From Acanthaster planci (lineage: Eukaryota), in NCBI RefSeq assembly GCF_001949145.1, contig NW_019091357.1, positions 3,806,228 to 3,870,227 of the forward strand: a stretch of 64,000 bases of DNA, given 5' to 3'. Positions 25,101-37,900 of the stretch are shown piece by piece (the first letter of the stretch is position 1; the number at the start of each line of letters is the position of its first letter). The notes beneath the pieces were generated by a model. That model saw only the letters and a program-made list of their open reading frames with translations. It ran no database searches and was not told where the DNA came from. The position numbers and the translations under genes were made by a program.

Positions 25101-28100
25101 TGCAACATCTCGGACCCAGTGATAAAATCGACAGCTGCGTCAGTTTACTCACGGTCGTAGATGGAAAGCTTGCCACCCCCGCCACATACTTCGTCAGGAT
25201 TCCCTGTGCACGCGCTCCGGCAGTCCCGGTCGCGCAGCCGGCCATGGATGTCGATCTGCGTCCCCTCCGCCCCACAGTAGCAGTCGCGCCGGTTCTCCAG
25301 GCCGGCGTAGCGCGCTCCTTGCCCCCGGCAGCGCTCCAGGCACAGGCCGATGGTCAGGTTGTCGGCGGTGAAGCGCGGGTCAGTAAACACACGGTTGTTC
25401 CTGTCATCAGTGTAGCATCCGAGAAAGCCCGGTACTGTAAGAGTGAAAGTCCAACAAGATTGTAGTATAAAATAATAATGGTTGGCTGGGTAACACTGCA
25501 ATAGGAGACTTTAAGATACTTGGTGGCGACAACACACCGGTTCTTTTTAACCAGTTTTGCGTGCGTTGTTCTGAGCATGTGTGTATGGTTCTGAACACAC
25601 TAAATACCTTGAAAAGTACCAGTACGTCTGTTGCCGCCAAAAAGTCTCCCATTGGTCAGCGACTGTTAACAAAAGAAAATCAGTTCAAAATTTTAATCTA
25701 TCTTTTACACCTACATTTATACCTACACCAGCCTACATTTTGTATGACTGAATGGAATGAGATATCCTGTTTGACTTTTTGCGACTCATTTTTTCGCATT
25801 GGCCGCCAATTTCTGATAGTAATAATAATGGTTATTTAAACAATGCACACACCCATCTCAAGGTTAAGACACTCATGGTGCTCCAAAAGAAAAAAAGTGA
25901 ACGGACGAAAATAAATGAATTTCACAACGCAGTATCAAAAGCAAGATTACAGAGGAGTGTTTTGAGTGCCATTTTGAAAACATTGACTGACTTTCACGGC
26001 CAGATATTTAGGGATTGATGCATGAGGTCGCTGTTGCTCCATGGTCGATTTTTATTACATGTACTCTTCAGATTACAAGTTGACCTACACAATAATGTCA
26101 TACTAGCAATTACGTGTGACATGCATGACAAGATTGAAGGCAGTAATCGAGAACAGATGTCCCCAAAATGGCAACTGCTGAGGAATTCTGCATGAACACT
26201 ATAAACCATCAGGTCGCTTCAAATATAAAGTCAAACGACCGGAAACGGATTGCTAGTGATAAACTGCGCCCATTCAGTTGCCGATTACACTTCAAACCGA
26301 GTGACATCGACATGAAACAAGACATAATTATTGGAAGCCAGTTGATGACTTCAGCTTGCGTCGTCTTACCGGTACATATCAGGCCAGCAACTCGGCCGCT
26401 GCAGCCGGTGTATTCCTGCACCGGTTGATGGGCGCACTCCCCGAGGGTTTCTTCATCTGTGGAAAGGTTGCAAATGCATCAATGTTAAAGTTTTACTTTG
26501 GAATTAGGAAAAGACACCTTAGTTGCATTCCCACACAGGATCACTTCTATGTTCACCTATATTCTAAATAATTGTGTTAGCAAAAATGTAGCATCCACTT
26601 TTTTGCTTTACCCAAGCCAACTAATCATTTCATTCGGGATCATGCATCACGATAGCAAGTGTCCTTTTTATCCTTTTCTGTTGTCACCGCCATCGTTATA
26701 TGCTGTTTTGTCATCTTAGTCTTCAGCAGGGTCAATCCTGTCATCCGCATCAGCATCACCGGCATTGATGCCAACTAAAGTACTCGTATGACCACTACAC
26801 ATGGTCATATGTCATAGTAAACGAGTCCCTTAACCACACATGAATGGCAACAGATCACCGACACGAGTCACAGTCAGCACTATTGTCTCGTAACTAAAAG
26901 TCCATCATTCGACAGACATTGTTGTCACTGTTGCCAAAGCATCAACACCGTCCAATATTTTCCGGCAAATTTTACCCCCGTTGCACCCTATTCCTCCCAC
27001 AGAGCCGTTGTTCAAGCCTTCACCGAAGTAGGACTCCCGTCTCGTCCGTGAGTAGCCCGGGAAACCCAGCTGGCGGCACGCCACGGTCCCGTCGTTGTCG
27101 CCCCAGTAGTTCACATCGCACACGTTCAGCCAGTTCCCGGAGGAGGCATGCAGAACCTCCACTCGACCGGAGTTAGGGGCGTTGGCGGGCCCTCCAACCA
27201 GTCGTATGTCAGTTAGGTCTGGCCAGAAGAGAAAAAAAAGCATGGAAATCATCGGCATTTCTCTTCGTTAAGGCCAACGTTAGGGCATAGTACTAAGCAC
27301 ATCAAAATGGCAAGTGCTACATACACGTGTAGGATTTACCAGTTGCTGTTAATTGATTTGGAGGCCCCTCTCGCTCAGAAGTTAAAAATGAAAAAAAATC
27401 TCAAAATAATCTGCCTTGGTCAGTACTTTACCTTTCACTCCATGAAAAGGAGGTATAGATTATATCCTAACGTGCCCCGGCCCCTCGAAAATGAGGGCCC
27501 CCAAGTGCTTGCTGCAAATGTATCCCGGTTATGCCACTGGCACATGGTGCGAACAGTTGGGCTGAACGGGATTAACATTGATGCGGCCTCAAACTCCACT
27601 ACAATTCTCGACAATATTTTGTCGGCTTAAAGAGCAAGAAAAAGGCATTTGCCCTTTATTTCCACATTAAGGGTCTACAACTATATTATCACAAGACTAC
27701 TGTCACCACTACCACTTGCAATAGTCATCATCACCATGACGACATTAACAGTCACCATCGTCAGCAGTAATGTCACATCAACCCCATTCCCTATCAAGTG
27801 CGCACAATATTGCGTCATTATTACATGTATCAGAACTTCGTGCATCGTCACAAACAGTGATATCATAAAAGCAGCAGTGGGGGAGAGGGGCCATGGAACC
27901 AAAACAACCAGTCTGTTCCATTTGTCCTTTTACTCTCGACCCCCCATTAACTCAAACAAAATCCCTATGTCTAACCCACGGGCCACTAGTCAACACCGTG
28001 ATCACTGGGCACAAACACACCACTTACATCACTATACCATTGTCAGCCTATCTTTGCTTCGGGTCATGCTATTTAGCGTCAAGAGAAAGATGGCGGCACC

Positions 28101-29257
28101 TATACATAAAAAAATTCGTTTTCCAGTGAGAATCTGGAAGCAGCTCCGCCATTCCTCTCATTCAGTGGCGGATGTTAGAGTTTCTAAAATACAATAAAGC
28201 CACTCTTTAGAGGGTATTTCCAAGTTCCTGACGGTTTGCTGACGTGACACTACTTCTGTGTGTTGACGCTTGTTGACGCTAAATTGCACGACAGCTTTGC
28301 TCCGGCCATGCTGAGCATTTACATGGTTTCTCGTCCATATGCATGCTTGTAAATTTCCTTCAGCTTATTGGCCTTAATGTTAGGATCTTATCATCAGTGA
28401 ACTTTATAAATTGTCAACCTGGCTTTGAGAATGTTGTTACGTGTAGTCATGTACATTCATTCTATGTAAATGTAGGCTTATTTAATCGTGTCAAGGATAC
28501 ATGCATCTTCCATGCTCTTACCGAATTGCACAGATTGGGACCAAACAGTAGCAAGGAGTCCGTACAGGAAAACAACTTGATAGATCTGCAATACTGCCCT
28601 GCTACTGCAGGCACAAATGCGCCCCACAGTCTTAGGCAATATCACCATGTTGATCTTGCTGAGACATCGCCACCCGGAAGTAAAGGGCGGTTAGGCCAAC
28701 GAGCAGCGAGTGGGCCCACCTAAAATGCAAAGGCTGTGATCAGATCCGAGATCTCGTTCACGCCGAACTGCCGTAATCGTATCAGCCTTGAAACGCAGAA
28801 CAGGTCGAGTTGATGACCCGAAAATATTCGTTGATATGAGGCCTGATGCCGGAGCTATAAAAAGGAGCCGCCGTATATTCCAGTAGGGATGCCACACGTA
28901 GGTAGTTGTGTTTTCCAGCGATTTTAGTTTGGCAAGGTCAAGCGCTGGAGAACATGCCTCAAAAAGAGCCGCGGTCTGTCAATAAAATAGTATTTCTTTT
29001 TTGCCACGCGGCATTCAACGGTCTCACCGCCGTGGAGAAAGCTTCACAAAGCTCTGATACTGTGACCTTCCAGCTTGTGTTCTCCTACCTTGCAGGTCAA
29101 TCGCTGCAATCGCGCGACGTGGTAGCGCAACTTCACCTCTCAACGGATGCTGATCACCGCCCTACAAGAAGTTTCGTTTACAACGGTGTTGTAAGGGCGT
29201 AAAGAACTAAAGATTTTGGTAGTCTTGGTAGTGCTGGGTCACCGTACCTCACTCCAT
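22193..29257 (-). CDS. SRCR receptor gene C: SP-SRCR-WSC-CCP(sushi)-stalk-TM-tyrosine-motif tail (~521 aa)
   Basis: Exons 28719-28646 (WAHSLLVGLTALYFRVAMSQQDQH, signal-peptide-like), 27218-26976 + 26456-26370 (SRCR), 25434-25153 (WSC), 24605-24402 (CCP), 23578-23510 (stalk), 23023-22942 (TM: KVAGIVLALVVLLLLVGIFIVFIIRKR) and 22712-22193 (tail). Phases are compatible. The start mini-exon 29257-29253 (ATGGA|gtgagg) is only a low-confidence guess. Confidence 0.82.
24402..24605 (-). CDS. CCP/sushi domain exon of gene C
   Basis: YCTDPGTPANGER...FRYGANVTFFCPDGFELVGSNLARC...WDEPVPQC: four Cys plus the conserved Trp; phase 1-1 exon. Confidence 0.9.
25153..25434 (-). CDS. WSC domain exon of gene C
   Basis: FLGCYTD...LTIGLCLERC...YAGLENRRDCYCG...DCRSACTGNPDEVCGGGGKLSIYD: the 8-Cys WSC signature; phase 1-1 exon. 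Confidence 0.92.
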
Positions 29258-31777
29258 TCTACTCTTGCTCTAACTCCATGCTCTGCCCAACCAGAGGCTG
29301 CAGTGTGTACACAAGGTTGAAGTGTTTACGGACGGGTGCGTTTGCTTGCGTCACGGTAAATCCCCATGACAATTTGTCTTACGTAACATATCGATTGCTG
29401 CATTTTAAGGGTCACCTCGGTAGTTTATCAACTATTAATTGCACTCGCTCCAGAGAAAAATCCCATTCAGAACCTATAAATCCCAGGATTAGTGTAACTT
29501 TATACAAACTGGGAGAATGGTGTCATCCAAATTTATACTTAGTGATTACGTTCTTTACACCCACCCCTCTGTATTTATGCAATTTACTAAAACCCAGTTA
29601 GCGCAACATGTGCCTATCTTAAAACCACTTACAAGTCTGAAATGTTCATTCGGGAAATAACGCACGTTACCGTGAAACATATTCCGGAAAATCTAGATCT
29701 CCCGCAAGCATCTAAGAGTAGAATAATGTTTCGGTACATCGCCATAATTCTTCTATGGTATTTCAAGGTGAATTATGAGGAGGTGATTATTATACAAGTC
29801 CGATAAAGTTTTGTTCTCAAGGTAAATTTAAGCTGTAATTGTGATTGAGTACGTGTGCGATGTCACAAGCGACTTTTCAGTTGTCATGCTGTATAGTTGG
29901 CAAACTATGGCAAAACTATAGTGCTAAACCAAAAGAATAATCCAACAAAATTTTGACAAATATCCAAATACCAAGTCTTGTGCTAAATACCGAAATGATC
30001 TGACTTCCATTTCAACAGGAAGTCAAGAAAGAAATGAGTATTTGGAGGCGAATGTCGTCCAACCAAGGGGGAAATTTCTGGAAACGTTAACGTTGGCGGC
30101 CCTTTACAAATTGGTGGACAATGCTCGTAAGGGTGCACTGTCCCCGTTCAGGGAAAATTCTCCGCCAGGCCAAGGCGCTTAAAATTAAAAAGTACCCCTA
30201 CAAATTCTTTCGAAAAGAGGGGTTTCTGCGGGCCAAGAAATTATGGGATTGTGAAAATATGGCCCAGGATAATTTCTGTAGATTCAGGGGCACCAATCTT
30301 GGGGCAAAGCAGACAAAAATGTTTTTGAAATATTGCCATAACAGTTCGAAAAGGTGAGTGATGTCATTTTAAAACTAGCTACTGAGAAGACTTGGGAACG
30401 TTCACTTTTTTTTGGGGGGGGTGAGTTTGTTTTCGGCGGATAATTAAAAGATTCATTTACTACCATTTGAAATCAAATGAAATCTGAAGAACTAAAACCT
30501 CATTTTTTTCTTGAGAGGTCTCAGGGACTTCAGTTGCGTGCAATGGGGAACCAAACTTTGTTGATTTTAGACTGTTTTCAACGGGGTTGAATCATAGTTC
30601 GGTGCATCCGTAACAGAAGAAATGATCCACTAAATTCAAAATAGCGCCCTCTGCTTCTCTTTAACGGAGGAGGCAGTGAGGGTAATCAGCTTTGGCGAAT
30701 TTGTGACGGGCATTTCAAGAGATGTGGCCCATGTTCGTTGATCACCCTTTATGTTTATTTATCAGAAACAAGCTCACTGGATTTCATCGGCTGCGAGCGT
30801 GTTTTGGGCTTAGTTAAATATGCATTATATGCCATAAATTAACACGACTTAAGAACCACTGAATTCAAGGCTCTGCCGTTGTAGCATACAAGTCTGCATA
30901 CCATGTCTGCAAGCAAGACATTGAGAGATCTATACTAAGCATTTTAGGTCTACACCAGGTAGTTTTTTTTTTAGTTTTGAAGGGTGTATATCAAATAGAA
31001 TAAGCGATGAAATCTCTGCTTGTGTTAAAAATTTATAAGGTTGCATGGATCCAGGGGTGGGGCAACTTTCTTCAGGGGAAACGTAATTTAAGGATTTTTA
31101 ACCTTTTTTCCAGGGCTCTTCGTGCACAAGGCTAATTAATTGAAAGACATTTAACACGCTGTACATCAGAGAAAGGGAAATGGAACAGTTCTGTCACTGC
31201 AAAATCGTCATTATTCCATTATATTTACTGAAATATTGGTCTCGTGCTTGGAACCGTGGTCGAAATGCGGAAAGGCAAATGGTCATACGAGGCTTCTGCA
31301 CAAACCGTTAGTCAAAGTGGCACTAATTTGTGTCTGATAACGCAGCATGCTGTGACAAATTCCGGCGTTATTGTGACCGCGTTATTACCCACATCATCAA
31401 TTCGTAAAACAACTTGCCGATAATCGACATTGCCCAAAAGATTACAGGGCGAACTTTGAACACTTGAGAGGTGGCGACATGGCCGATTCTTGTTCTTTGG
31501 GCCGCGTAATAACCTTCAACATACTTAAAATACTGCTTTCATCGAACTATGCCATCGTTGATGTTTCTGTGGGCAAGTCCAGAAGTTCTTTTGTCTGTTC
31601 ACATAAGCCACACTGGTATGTCCTGTGCTTTTTTTTTACATTTTGTGAATTTTGATGCATATAATCATGACTAGTGAGACGCAAAGAAAGGACTTTGAGG
31701 GCTCTCTGTAATATCATTAAACAAACACTATGGGAAAACTTTAATTTGCTCTGTTTGGTGTGCAAAAAAGATTACTT

Positions 31778-31862
31778 CGTAAATGGTTCATTTGTAATCT
31801 TATACAACCACAGCACGATTATTCATATATGTTAGTGATCTCATGCATGCTTGTCGTTTTGG
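31778..31862 (+). promoter_or_regulatory. Conserved proximal promoter block of SLC5 paralog 1
   Basis: GTAAATGGTTCATT...GATTATTCA...CTCATGC is also present at ~45871-45950 (paralog 2). GATTATTCAT recurs at ~56333 (paralog 3). Confidence 0.5.
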
Positions 31863-31961
31863 GTCCCCGTGCAGGGCCACAGAGGCGGTAGCACCTCTCC
31901 CTCTCACCCTCTTCAGAAGAAAACTAGGCCCTCCTCCCTGCTGCTCCCTCGCAGTAACACC

Positions 31962-34900
31962 ATGGCTGAATTGGACGATGTTGGTACTTTCGGCGTCTGG
32001 GACTACGTGGTGTTCGGCTGCATGCTGCTCATCTCGTTGGGCATCGGTTTCTTCTACGGCTGCACCGGTGGAAAGCAGCGGACCACGGCCGAGTTCCTGC
32101 TGGCCGACCGCAACATGAACCCCATCCCCGTAGCCATGTCGCTGGTGGCTAGCTTTATCTCAGCGATCACGGTGCTGGGTACGCCGGCCGAGGTCTACAT
32201 CTACGGCTCCATGTTCTGGGTCTTCTGCTTTACTTACCCCATTGTCGCCCTCGTGGTGTCGCGGCTGCTTATTCCGACATTTTTCAGACTTAATGTAACC
32301 AGTGCAAACGAGGTAAGGTATAGGTTAATGATCAGCTACAAGTTCTAAGTCGTCTTCTTGGAATTTTATAACGGCACGACGGCAGCATTTTGCCACTCCC
32401 TCTACCCAAGGTTAATTAAGTAATAGGGAGTCAATTTTTCAAATTTCTCGAATGCTGTTGGATACTTCACACTACTCATACTTGATTGGAGTCTGTATTA
32501 ACTCAACAGTGGTAATTCCACACTATTTCAGTACAAGGTATACCGATTTCTTCTTTTTTGATATAGAAAAGTCTGAAAGAACAGTCACCGATAAAAGCTT
32601 TGAAAGTGTTGAACCACTGAAGCGATATGTGCTAAACAAACGTGTTGCTTTGAGCAAAGGTTTCTTTTTTGAATCCTATATTTACAGTTGTAAACGATTG
32701 AAATGGGATTCCAAATTTGTTGTTTTATTTTGTGGTTTTCTTCTGTTGTCCCCAAACCCAGTACCGTGGACGTCATCAGTGGCGTAATTACGGGGGGGGG
32801 CCACGGGGGGCACGTCCCCCCTGGAGGCCCGTGCCCCTCTGGTGCCCCCCCCCCTGAAATGGACATTTACGTCCATTTATGTAGGTATGCGTTTAGACAG
32901 GCACCTAGTTCAATTATTTTCAGTGCCCCCTGAAAACAAAATATGCACCCCAGGTGCCCCCTCAGCTGTAGCACCCTAGTTACGCCACTGGACGTCATAA
33001 ACAGTTTCAAAATGCTTCTTTCTGTTTCAGTACCTTGAGTTACGCTTCAACAAAGCCGTTCGCATCGCGGGTACTTTAACATTTTTCCTGTATATGGTAC
33101 GTTTTACTTCCTCTTTTCTTGTCCTCTTCTTTTGAGGGTCTTTTGATTATCAACCCACAGTATGCAGACTTTATTGTTTATCCACAACTTTTAACAAAAC
33201 AAGTACCCGTGTAGTGCTTCTTTGAATCAAAATGCTTCTTCCAAGTTCATACGCGCGCCTCACGGTTGATCGTCTTTCTAAGTTTTACCAAAACGTACTT
33301 TTTGTCGCGAGGGAAAGGGTATTCAATCCAACCAAGGCGCCTTTTCAACAGCTAAGCATTACGAACTTAGCACACGACTCCCTCAACGGTGACAACGAGA
33401 TAGGGCATGCCGACACTAGAAACTGTGAACATAGCACAAAGACAGTTCGCACAGGCTGAAACGGTGCATGGGTGAAGATGAACAGTGTTTTGCCCATACG
33501 TTTTTGGCATGGGGCTCACGCAATCCACTTTCAAATGAGTTTGGGGACGCATTACGAAAGTGGGCGTACTTGCCTCGTCTGTGAACCATGGCGAAGTGGC
33601 GTTTACCATTCTTTTTGAGATAGACGCATTAGCATAAATTGGGGTCACTATTTGGTACGAGACAATATTGTTATTTGCTATGCTACGCCATTGAACAGTT
33701 ACCCAGGCTCTCTCTCCCTTCTCTTCTGAAGGTATTTTACATGGGAGTAGTCATCTATGCTCCGGCCTTGGCACTCAATGCAGGTTAGTATCTATTACAC
33801 TTCATTTTACCCTGAACGATGTAAATTGTTTTTCTTTTCCTATGCTACTGTTCTAACCACTCGTTTGGAGACAAAGGATATCTTCTATATTAGATTGAAG
33901 CTCACTTTAATTAATTAGCAGTGTGACACTGGCTTTAAAGAGCAACTCAAAGGAAAACACGTTTTCTCTGATTTTATCGGTTCAAATAGATACGAAAGCA
34001 TCCAAATCGATCGCGGTGTCATTTGTCTTCACAGTTCAATTATGACAAGTTAAAAAAGCGCTTTTTTTCTGTTCATGCGAAGATGCGTATTCTGAACATG
34101 CTGAATGTAGTTTGCGTCATTCTGAGAAAACAGAAAAAACGAGAGGAACCCTCGCCCTGCGTTCGTAGAGGATGAAGCCTTGTGCATGTCAAACATTGCA
34201 TATAGCCATTGTTTGTAGCCATTGGCTCTTTAAGCACACTTACTCGCTGTGCAGTTTGGTGTCAGTTTTACACTTTACCTGTTAATTCAGAATATGTATT
34301 TCATTTCTCCTCGTTTCTTGCAGTGACCAATATCAGTTTGTGGGGGTCCGTCCTGGCCACAGGACTCGTCTGCACCGTTTATACAACAGTTGTAAGCATT
34401 ATATCATGCAATGTCTGAGATTTTGTTGTGGTTAAATAATGGGAGATCCTATTTGCGTCAGTAAATTGACACCAGTCGTTGAACGTAACAAAATCATTTT
34501 CACGGCGGTGGACAGAATTGTCTCAGCGCGTAGGCCGTGAATCATTCAGAAATGACATAATTACTTTATTTCGCACAATATATAATATTTTGGTTAGAAA
34601 CCCTGCATGTGTCTGCGAATCAGAAAGTGTCCTCACTTCACAAATTGGCGTGCTTGGTATCTTGTCTTTGGAAACAGACTGTTCAGTGTCGGCAAATTCA
34701 GACATTTAATCCCTGAACGTCATGCGTCCCCAGTAATGGCGGAAACGTTAAACTACAGATGCGCGGAACCATTTTATTTCTCACGTCACTATCATAAAGA
34801 CAGCCAGCGCCTTCCTGACGTGGTGTTGTGATGTATACACGTCTGCTTGATTCCTGCACGTGGCTCTGAAGAAGCCTACAAACCAGAACCACGTCCACCG

Positions 34901-37900
34901 ACACATAGGATATGTGCCACTTGAGTGATGAGTGGTAGAAACTGGTGCATTTTGATAGCTAAAAGAGTCGGACTGTTTTACAGCGGGGAGGGGGGGGACT
35001 CAATTCACACCTAGGAAGTTTCATTTTAACTCAGCGTATAATTTTGTTTTATTCAGTTATGTAAATGTCGTGGCTCTAGACTCAGTCCATGTGCTCTGAG
35101 CATGAGAGAGTCGACAGAAAAAGTACAAATTTTTGGATGACCTGTCTTGGCAAAAGCGGTGTTACAGCGTAAAAACAATGACTGCAGGAAACTGTCCGCC
35201 TGAAAGAACCCGAAGGCTTGAGGACGGGAAAAAATGCAATGCAGCAATTTCAGAGAAACGTTATCCGTCCTCCCACGGCTCTTATAGGATTAGGCCGACA
35301 AGCGCTAACCCGACCTTCGTAAGGGCGAGATGGCAGATATAGAACACCATGTGAATGTTACTACGGCCGCGACATACGCACGGCCAATTATACTCAGACC
35401 TCTTTCTTTGTCGTGTTGTCAACCTTCAGGGTGGTATGAAGGCCGTGCTGTGGACCGATGTGTTTCAGATGTGCGTCATGATGGCAGGCTTTCTGGCCGT
35501 CATCATCGAGGGCGCCATCCGGCTGGGTGGACTCGGCAACGTCTGGCAGATCGCCGAGGAAGGGGGCCGCATCGACTTCTGGAAGTGAGTCTAGCAATCA
35601 AACAAGCCATGCGGAGAAAAACATACTGGCCAATCAAAGTTGATGATGTCTAGTCCATACACAGCTCGCTCTGTTGTCTTCCGAGGATGTTTTGGGAACT
35701 GAACCGGTAGCCCTTTTGTGTGGAAATGCTCATACTCAGAGACCATATTATAGTTTGTGCTTTAATTTTGTAAAGAAATGTCAATTTCGTTAACTTTTTT
35801 CTTCATAGCTTCAACTTCGACCCAAGCATTCGTCATACATTTTGGTCCATTGCCATTGGGGGAACCTTCACGTGGTTGGCGACTTACGGAGTTAACCAGG
35901 CCCAAGTACAGCGCTATATGACGACAGGCAGCGTCAAAAGAGCCCGGATGTAAGTGCCTCATGAGACTTCGGAATGAGCCGAATTTGCCAGAAAAATCCT
36001 TTAAGACGGCATATTTATTTTATGTTACATAAGAAATGAAAAATCCACACACTGAGCACAACTTCCATAGGTTTCTACTCCATGAGTCGTAATTTTGACT
36101 AGTTTGGGCTGCCAAAATTGTTGTACTACAATTTCATTTTTAAGTTTTGTGACAAAGTGGCAGAACAGATAAATGAAAGCTTTAGAAAGAGAGATATAAC
36201 AACTTCCATTTAATAAAGAACAGATTACGGAGGCCTCAAACGGCATGAGGCCAAAGTACTGGCTGAAATTTCGGGTACAGTGTAACTTGTATAAATCTAT
36301 ATTTCAAACTAGCCCTTTGCATTAATAATGACGTGATTTAAAACGTTAGATTTATTTAATATTTCCTGAATTTCTTGTTGTTTCAGAGCTCTATGCTTAG
36401 CAGCTGTTGGCATGATAGTTGTCGTTTCGGCGGCCTGTTTGTCTGGTCTCGTCATGTACTCCTTCTACGCTGAGAAACAGTGCGATCCCTTCACCAGCAA
36501 CAAAGTCTCACAGACCGACCAGGTATGAGTCCCAAGACTGAGGATGTATAATTTTGCGTCGGGGCTGCTATTTTTGGCTTTGTTTCGTGACAATTAAGTG
36601 CAATGTTTTGGAGCTACTTTACGTTGACGCTGCGGTGTAAAAGATTACTCTCTGATGGGTTCAACCGTCTTGCCTGATTTGTTGTATTGTGTTAACTTTT
36701 ATGTTTCATTTAGAAAAATTCTATCTTTGCTTCTGTTTTCCTCTTGTTTAAGTTAATTCCTTACTTCATGATGGAGTTGTTCGGGCGGATCCCTGGCCTT
36801 CCAGGATTCTTCACTTCAGCCGTTTTCAGCGCCGCACTCAGGTCAGTTGACCTTTGAGACCTTTCTTAATGTCCCCGTCGGCATGGGCTTACATTCCGTT
36901 GAAGGGGATATATTCCTCCTCCCAAATTTTGACCAGAGGGTGGCAAAAAGGTGAAAATAAGGTACGTTTCGAACTCACAACCAAACATTTGGTAGAACTA
37001 AAAAGGGAACAACTAATTTAAAAAGCATTTATTACGCCGTTTTAATGTAAAGTTGGTGTGTGTCACCAGATGTACTGTATCATCACCACCGCCCCTGACC
37101 CCTCCCCCACACACCGACACACTGTATGTGGAAGGAGTCAACGTTCATTTAAGCTAGGTCAATTTCAATGAGAACATATCATTGCATCCTGTCCTGTCCT
37201 GTAGATGGAGTGCCTAACTGCCTTTCTACATTGTACACATTACCCACTGAAATTTCAAATATCAAAATTTCTTTCACCTTTTCAACTGCTGTTCCAGTAC
37301 GGTTTCTTCTGGGCTGAACTCTCTCGCCGCTGTCACGGCTGAGGACATGGTCAAGCCGTGTTTCCCCCGCATCAGTCAAGAGCGATACACACTGGTTACC
37401 AAAGGCATCGGTAAGTACCACATCGTCCTAGAATATGCACTAAAAGGCAGTCACTGCAGGTTGAAATCGTACGGTTCAATCTGTCTCCACCTCTTTTTTC
37501 TCCTGGACAGCAATTCCTGGGGCAGTTACAATTGAAAGTGGATATGAACATCAACTCTGATCAAGATGTGTACTTACAATGTTTACTACATGATTACCGA
37601 TGTCAAATAACCAGCTACAATTTGATATTTTTAATCTTAAAATCTAGGTAAAAACCTGTCTTTAGATACCTTATCTTGCTTTTTGAGACGAATGTCTTCA
37701 ATTTTGTTCGTGTGTCTGACGATAATATTTAAGCTTCATTTTCCCCCTTGGTTCGAAACGTCTCGTTTTCCTAAACTCTCCATGCTTTATTTTTCAGCAC
37801 TTGGGTTCGGCGTGCTTTGCATACTGATCGCGTACATAACTTCATTGCTTAATCAGGGCGTTTTACAGGTATGTGGATTTCATATATGAAGTTCCTTGTT

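Noticed and set aside
27649..28197. 182-aa plus-strand ORF
   Set aside because: Antisense within a gene C intron and driven by low-complexity CAT/CAC-rich sequence.
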